DNA of 64,000 nt, from the NCBI GenBank assembly GCA_965228855.1, contig CBDDIJ010000002.1, forward strand, positions 512,001 to 576,000, in the 5' to 3' direction. Under the pieces are notes generated by a model, which was not told where the DNA came from, did not search any database, and saw only the letters and a program-made list of their open reading frames with translations. The position numbers were made by a program, and so were the translations under genes. Origin of the DNA: Candidatus Obscuribacterales bacterium (GTDB taxonomy: Bacteria > Cyanobacteriota > Vampirovibrionia > Obscuribacterales > Obscuribacteraceae). This document shows, piece after piece, positions 59,260 to 64,000 of this stretch; position 1 is the first letter of the stretch; each line of letters begins with the position of its first letter.

Positions 59260-60513
59260 ATGAATCGCGACTACCAAGTCATCATCATTGGAGCAGGGCT
59301 AGCCGGACTGGCTTGCGGACTGCATCTCCAGAAGAAAAACATTCCCTTCATCATCCTCGAGAGTTCGGACGCACCTGGTGGGCGAATTCGCACAGACAAG
59401 GTTGATGGTTTTTTGCTCGACAGGGGATTCCAAATTTTATTGACGGAATATCCTGAGGCACGCAAACTCTTTGACTACGAAAAGCTTGATTTGAAGCCGT
59501 TTTCTCCCGGTGCTCTTGTGCGCCTCGGCAAGAAATTTCATAGAGTTACCGACCCTTTTCGAGAGCCTGATAAAGCACTTGAAACATTGTTCGCACCAAT
59601 CGGAACTCTCACCGATAAAATGAACATCGCGAAGATTCGTCTGACGCTAACTGGACAACCGATCGAGAAGATTCTGACCGCAACTGAATATACAACGATG
59701 GAGTTGCTCAAGCTACAAGGTTTTTCCCAATCGATAATCGATAAGTTTTTCAGACCATTTTTTGGAGGAATTTTTCTTGAGTCGAAGCTCGAGACTTCAA
59801 GCAGAAAGTTTGAGTTTTTCTTCCGAACATTTTCGGGCGGCGACAATGTTATTCCAGCCAAGGGAATGCAAGAACTGCCAAATCAGTTGGCAGAAAAGCT
59901 CGGGCTATCTAACATCAAGTTAAATACCAGAGTCACTAATGTGACCAATCAGACCGTAACGACTGAAGACGGCGAAATATATGAGGCACCGCATGTGGTG
60001 ATAGCCACAGATAGGCGAGCCATGGGAAAAATTCTCTATGGCACGGATTTGTCCGAAGACGACCGGTCTGTGACCTGCCTCTACTTTGCTTGCGACACCG
60101 CGCCGATAAAAGAACCGATTCTCGTTTTAAACGGAGAGAAAACTGGTCCGATCAACAATCTCTGCGTGCCGAGCAACGTCTCTCCCGACTACGCCCCGCC
60201 CGGACAGGCACTGGTTTCGGTGACTGTTCTTGGAACCCGCAAAGATCACAATGCGTTGGAAAAGGCGGTTAGAAGTCAACTTGAAGAATGGTTCGGACGC
60301 GATGTTAAAGGTTGGCGCCGACTGCGGACCTACAGAATCGACAACGCTCTGCCGAAACAAAATCCACCCACCAGCTTCGTGGAAAACAAAAATGAAGTTC
60401 GTCCTGGAATCTACGTGTGCGGTGACCACATGAGCACAGGTTCGCTAAACGGCGCTCTTGAATCGGGCCGAGAAGTCGCAGAGATGATCGAGAAAACTCT
60501 GCTGCAATCGTAA
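59260..60513 (+). CDS. FAD-dependent oxidoreductase (flavin amine oxidase family)
   Basis: IIGAGLAGL, GGRIRTD..DGFLLDRGFQ, CGDH..TGSLNGALESG. Confidence 0.92.
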   Translation: MNRDYQVIIIGAGLAGLACGLHLQKKNIPFIILESSDAPGGRIRTDKVDGFLLDRGFQILLTEYPEARKLFDYEKLDLKPFSPGALVRLGKKFHRVTDPFREPDKALETLFAPIGTLTDKMNIAKIRLTLTGQPIEKILTATEYTTMELLKLQGFSQSIIDKFFRPFFGGIFLESKLETSSRKFEFFFRTFSGGDNVIPAKGMQELPNQLAEKLGLSNIKLNTRVTNVTNQTVTTEDGEIYEAPHVVIATDRRAMGKILYGTDLSEDDRSVTCLYFACDTAPIKEPILVLNGEKTGPINNLCVPSNVSPDYAPPGQALVSVTVLGTRKDHNALEKAVRSQLEEWFGRDVKGWRRLRTYRIDNALPKQNPPTSFVENKNEVRPGIYVCGDHMSTGSLNGALESGREVAEMIEKTLLQS

Positions 60514-60558
60514 GCTAGCAACGGCGAAACTGCGGACGAGAGGTAGACCGTCATTAGC

Positions 60559-60582
60559 ACTGGACTGGACTGGACTGGACTG
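60559..60582 (+). repeat. (ACTGG)n microsatellite
   Basis: actgg x4 plus actg. Confidence 0.85.
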
Positions 60583-60605
60583 CCCTCCCCTCCCTTCGCT
60601 TTAAT

Positions 60606-60970
60606 ACTGCAAATTGGTTTGCAGCTTTTGGCTCAAAACCAGCAATCTAAATTGCAGCCACCGAATTATGTCCCCAGATTGGCGTCCTCTGCACTCTAAA
60701 TCGACCGACTGCAAATTGGTTTGCAGCTTTTGGCTCAAAACCAGCAATCTAAATTGCAGCCACCGAATTATGTCCCCAGATTGGCGTCCTCTGTACTCTA
60801 AATCGAACCGACTGCAAATTGGTTTGCAGCTTTTGGCTCAAAACCAGCAATCTAAATTGCAGCCACCGAATTATGTCCCCAGATTGGCGTCCTCTGCACT
60901 CTAAATCGACCGACTGCAAATTGGTTTGCAGCTTTTGGCTCAAAATCAGCAATCTAAATTGCAGCCACCG
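60606..60970 (+). repeat. 102-bp tandem repeat, about 3.6 near-identical copies, each with a 53-bp imperfect palindrome
   Basis: Units start at 60606, 60708, 60811 and 60913 (actgcaaattggtttgcagcttttggctcaaaaccagcaatctaaattgcagcc...). Confidence 0.95.
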
Positions 60971-60987
60971 CACTATGTCGTAGTGAT

Positions 60988-61038
60988 TTCTGATCTCATA
61001 TCTCATATCTCCTGTCTCATATCTCGTGTCTCATGTCT
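60988..61038 (+). repeat. Degenerate 7-bp tandem repeat (TCTCRTR-like) running into dyad copy 11
   Basis: tctcata tctcata tctcctg tctcata tctcgtg tctcatg tct. Confidence 0.8.
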
Positions 61039-61085
61039 ACGCCAGAGCGACGGATCTTCGGAAAAGCGTCAACGAGTCGTAGACA
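61034..61085. repeat. 52-bp dyad element, copy 11
   Basis: tgtcta-cgccagag-cgacg-gatcttcggaaaag-cgtca-acgagtcg-tagaca; TATAGTAG at 61166. Confidence 0.9.
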
Positions 61086-61184
61086 AACGCCTCGATGACG
61101 GAGTATGCCGATACGGAAGACCCGCTCACCACAACGGTTCCGAGCATTTCGGATTCACGAGCTCATATAGTAGCCAGTCATTGC

Positions 61185-61216
61185 AAAAGAACGGCATGGG
61201 GGAGGTTCCATGCCGT
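61185..61216 (-). terminator. Intrinsic terminator after the YihY gene
   Basis: acggcatgg...ccatgccgt stem preceded by aaaaga (U-tract on the minus strand). Confidence 0.7.
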
Positions 61217-61231
61217 CCACGGGGCGGGGTA

Positions 61232-62332
61232 TTAGCAGCCGAAGCCGGTGGGGCCTACGGGCTCCAAGATCTGGTTTTTGTCGCTGTCACCGTTCTTCTT
61301 TGCGTCGGCGGGCGGCGGTGGTGTCACTCCGCACTGGGTGCAGGTCCGGGGGTCGGTGGTCGTTTGTTGGGCGGGAAGTTTGGTCCCGCATGAAGGGCAG
61401 AAATTCCACTCTGTGGACATATGGACGCCTTTCGAATTAGGCAGTGGAGCGCAACCGCCGCTCCACTCGCGCGCCTTGTAGCAAACCTTGTTGACCTCGC
61501 CCGCCACGAGCAGAACGAGGCTTGAAATATACAACCAGAACATCAGCATCATCACGCCACCAAGCGACCCGTAGGTGAGGTCGTAATGCGCGAGATTCTG
61601 GACATAAAGCCGAAATCCGTAGGTGGTCAGCAAGAAAATCACGGCACCAAATACGCTACCAGGCGTCACCCAGCGGTGCGCCTGATTAACGTCCGGACCG
61701 GCGGCAAAGGTGAGCGCGAACGACGCCAGCACCATCAGGAAGATGACAAACCACGTCACCCAGGTCGCGATGTATGCCGGCAAAAGACGCAGACCAACCC
61801 ATTCGACAAGATACGGAAACGCGAATATCGCAGCCACGGCAGCAAGAAGAATGACCGATTGAACAACGGTCATCCAGATTGCCGTCAGGCGAAACTTCCA
61901 GTACGGTCGAGTATCGCGCACTCCGTAAATGCGATTGAGCCCGTCAATCACCGCGGCGTAAAGCCCCGATGCAAGCCAGATCGTAATCGCCAAACTGATC
62001 GAAAGCACGGCGATCGGCTGACCACCGTGCAATCGCGCAATCTGCTCCTCGATGACCTGATGTGCATCATCAGGGAAGACCGTGCCGAGTAGCGACTCAA
62101 GCGCGTGAAGAAGTTCTTTGCTCTCCACACCCGCTGCCGGCAACAAGAGCGCTCCTAGGGTGATCACTAGTGCGAGAAACGGAACAGCCGCCATCATCGC
62201 ACCGAAGGCAATCGCCGACGCCCTTGTAAAAATTTCGTTTTCAATGACGTCGTTCCACGTGTGCCCGGCGATTTGCCAGACACCGCGAAACCGGCACGAG
62301 ACAGCTCGCCCGATGCCACCGGTTTTATTCAC
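61232..62332 (-). CDS. YihY/BrkB-family membrane protein with a C-terminal zinc-ribbon extension
   Basis: ASAIAF, GLNRIY, PGSVFG, YDLTYGSLGGVMMLMFWLY..GEVN, followed by CPSC...CTQC. Confidence 0.9.
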   Translation of the reverse strand: MNKTGGIGRAVSCRFRGVWQIAGHTWNDVIENEIFTRASAIAFGAMMAAVPFLALVITLGALLLPAAGVESKELLHALESLLGTVFPDDAHQVIEEQIARLHGGQPIAVLSISLAITIWLASGLYAAVIDGLNRIYGVRDTRPYWKFRLTAIWMTVVQSVILLAAVAAIFAFPYLVEWVGLRLLPAYIATWVTWFVIFLMVLASFALTFAAGPDVNQAHRWVTPGSVFGAVIFLLTTYGFRLYVQNLAHYDLTYGSLGGVMMLMFWLYISSLVLLVAGEVNKVCYKAREWSGGCAPLPNSKGVHMSTEWNFCPSCGTKLPAQQTTTDPRTCTQCGVTPPPPADAKKNGDSDKNQILEPVGPTGFGC

Positions 62333-62377
62333 ATTGCTCTCCTCGTATTGATGTTTGTCGCAACGAGGACGCGTTCG

Positions 62378-63235
62378 TTACTCGTCCTCGGGAATCGTCG
62401 GGTCATCGTCCTCGAATTGCTCTGCGAAGAGCGCGTCGGCAGGCGGGTTAACCTGGTCCGCCTTCCAGGTCGTGACGACGGTTCCGTCCGCATCAAGGTC
62501 TTCGGCACAACTCAACTTGCCGCTGTCGTCGTTGGTGTAACGCCGGTATCCATGCTTCTCTTTGACGTTCACCGACTTGCAGACGAATCCCGCTTTCGTC
62601 TTCAGCCAGACTTGTTCGAGCTTGATGTCGCCGGTTTCGCTGTAAACCGTGACGACCATTTGCGTTTCACCAACGACTCGCCGCAACTGACTGCCGTCGG
62701 GCGCATAGTAACACCACTCGAATTGACCGCTGACACCCTTGATGTTGGCGGTGAAATAGATCTTGTTGCTGTCGGTCCTGAAGTGCGTGAGCTCAAATCC
62801 GCCGTCGACGCTGACGCGACGCCGCATCTGTGCACTCTTGCCGTCCTTCTTGTACCGGATAGCTTCAAAGGTCCCGTCCGCGAGCTTTCGCCGTTCGAAG
62901 GCGAGCACGCCCGCTTTCAGTTCGCGCTTGAGCTTGCCGTCAGGGTAATACTCGAACTCGCCCGTCCGCGCGCCGTTCTTGTCACTGACGACCTTAGCAG
63001 TGCGCACCCCGTTTTTAAAACTATCCAACTCGACCGAGCCGTCCTCCTTCACGACCTTCCGTGCGACCAACTCCTTCTCGACGTTAAACGTACTGGTGCG
63101 CGAAGTCTCGCCCTTCTGAGGCGTCTCGCTGACCTGTGCGTAGCCGTGAGGAATATCGTCGGCATCCGCAGCCACGTATCCGAATCCCAGCCCCAGAGCC
63201 AAGCTCAGCGACAGGATCAACTGTTTGCGATTCAT
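62378..63235 (-). CDS. Secreted beta-hairpin-repeat (MORN-variant/YwqK-like) protein
   Basis: Signal peptide MNRKQLILSLSLALGLGFGYVAA; repeated YYPDGK, YKKDGK, YYAPDGS and YSETGD turns. Confidence 0.72.
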   Translation of the reverse strand: MNRKQLILSLSLALGLGFGYVAADADDIPHGYAQVSETPQKGETSRTSTFNVEKELVARKVVKEDGSVELDSFKNGVRTAKVVSDKNGARTGEFEYYPDGKLKRELKAGVLAFERRKLADGTFEAIRYKKDGKSAQMRRRVSVDGGFELTHFRTDSNKIYFTANIKGVSGQFEWCYYAPDGSQLRRVVGETQMVVTVYSETGDIKLEQVWLKTKAGFVCKSVNVKEKHGYRRYTNDDSGKLSCAEDLDADGTVVTTWKADQVNPPADALFAEQFEDDDPTIPEDE

Positions 63236-63666
63236 GCGAGCCTTTCGTGTTTTGAATTTCGTGTATGAAAAACCGCTTGCCGCTTCGCATATCAATCGTC
63301 GCCTCACACGACGTGACCGGTCTCATCCCGTGTCTTGAAGGAGCGAAACAGCGTTGTCGGTTTAAGTTAAGCGTTAGAGCGATAATCGCCTGCGACTGTG
63401 AGGAAAGAAAAAGCGTTTTTATTTCTAGCCAATAGAACAGTTTGGTTTCAAACAGAAACAGCAATTGTGGCCGCCCAGATACATAAGTTTCCGATCAGAG
63501 CGAAAAACCATACTCGTGGAGCTAACGCTTTTGATCTTGGGATAGCGGCCGATTTCATGTTGTTTCACAACAGTGTCACAAACTTTGGGCATTATGGATG
63601 CACGCTCACACGACCGCCTTCTAAACGGTCTTTTAAACTCTCGCTCGCTGCAGGATTACTAAGAAT

Positions 63667-64000
63667 ATGGGAAAACACAACGCCGCTGTTAAAGAAGCGC
63701 CGCACACATCCGATGCGCCATCATCCGGTGATAACTCCGACAATAGCGGGATCGCAAACGCGGCTCGCGAAGCCTGGGGCGGTCTGAGCAAATTCGGCGC
63801 TAAAGCCTGGAACACCACAAAAGAGGTCGGCGGGACAGCGCTCGAAAAAGGCAAAGAAGTGGGCAGCACTGTCGTCGAGAAAGGGCAGGAAGCCTTGCAC
63901 AAGGGCAAAGAGGCAGTTCAGTCCAAAGAGGGGCAGAAAGTCATCAAACAGGCGCGCGAAGGCGCCGCAGACACCGTCGAAGCGCTCGGTGGCCACTCCA
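63667..64000 (+). CDS. Hypothetical protein, 5' part only, with 11-mer amphipathic repeats
   Basis: ATG 63667 reads MGKHNAAVKEAP...KEVGGTALEKG KEVGSTVVEKG QEALHKGKEA... and stays open to the window end. Confidence 0.65.
   Translation, partial: MGKHNAAVKEAPHTSDAPSSGDNSDNSGIANAAREAWGGLSKFGAKAWNTTKEVGGTALEKGKEVGSTVVEKGQEALHKGKEAVQSKEGQKVIKQAREGAADTVEALGGHS

Noticed and set aside
60606..60970. Possible CRISPR array
   Set aside because: The sequence between palindromes is nearly identical in every unit (no unique spacers), the period is 102 bp, and no cas genes are present.
60614..61006. Short repetitive ORFs across the 102-bp array
   Set aside because: One unit is 103 bp and shifts the frame, there is no RBS, and the ORFs arise on both strands from the repeat itself.
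2345..61085. 52-bp elements as integron attC sites
   Set aside because: They lack RYYYAAC/GTTRRRY ends, the flanked genes keep their own promoters and terminators and lie in both orientations, and there is no intI.
2345..61085. 52-bp elements as simple rho-independent terminators
   Set aside because: They have no U-tract and often mismatched arms, separate true terminators lie about 100-130 bp away, and one copy (30832) is between divergent genes.
1..64000. Prophage, IS transposase, integrase, tRNA or rRNA genes
   Set aside because: No ORF shows DDE, tyrosine/serine recombinase, HUH or phage structural motifs, and I recognised no tRNA cloverleaf or rRNA sequence.

Overview
This is a 64 kb bacterial chromosomal window with about 50 CDS and no rRNA, tRNA, CRISPR array, transposase or integrase that I can recognise. 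Gene content and style suggest Vampirovibrionia/Melainabacteria (Obscuribacterales-like), which is inference only. The genes include housekeeping and accessory enzymes (PfkB kinase, thioredoxin, prolyl oligopeptidase, isoaspartyl peptidase, FtsH, adenosine deaminase-like, PepA, GH30, GTP-PEPCK, S41 peptidase, SDR). There is also a cluster of tandem MarR, RND pump, type III PKS, flavoprotein, YceI and ABC exporter (12984-27598), and a candidate toxin/immunity pair (53737-56547). The most striking signal is non-coding. Eleven copies of an exactly 52-bp dyad motif (TGKCTA-N8-YGMCG-N14-CGKCR-N8-TAGMCA) are dispersed through the intergenic regions. Most are bracketed by inverted CTACTATA/TATAGTAG boxes whose distances from the core step by about 11 bp. 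They sit directly behind intrinsic terminators, often at the edges of gene modules with strongly C/G-ending codons, and are surrounded by local tandem duplications. This looks like an undescribed DNA-site system (recombination/cassette, nucleoid-organising or regulatory) whose cognate protein is not encoded in this window.
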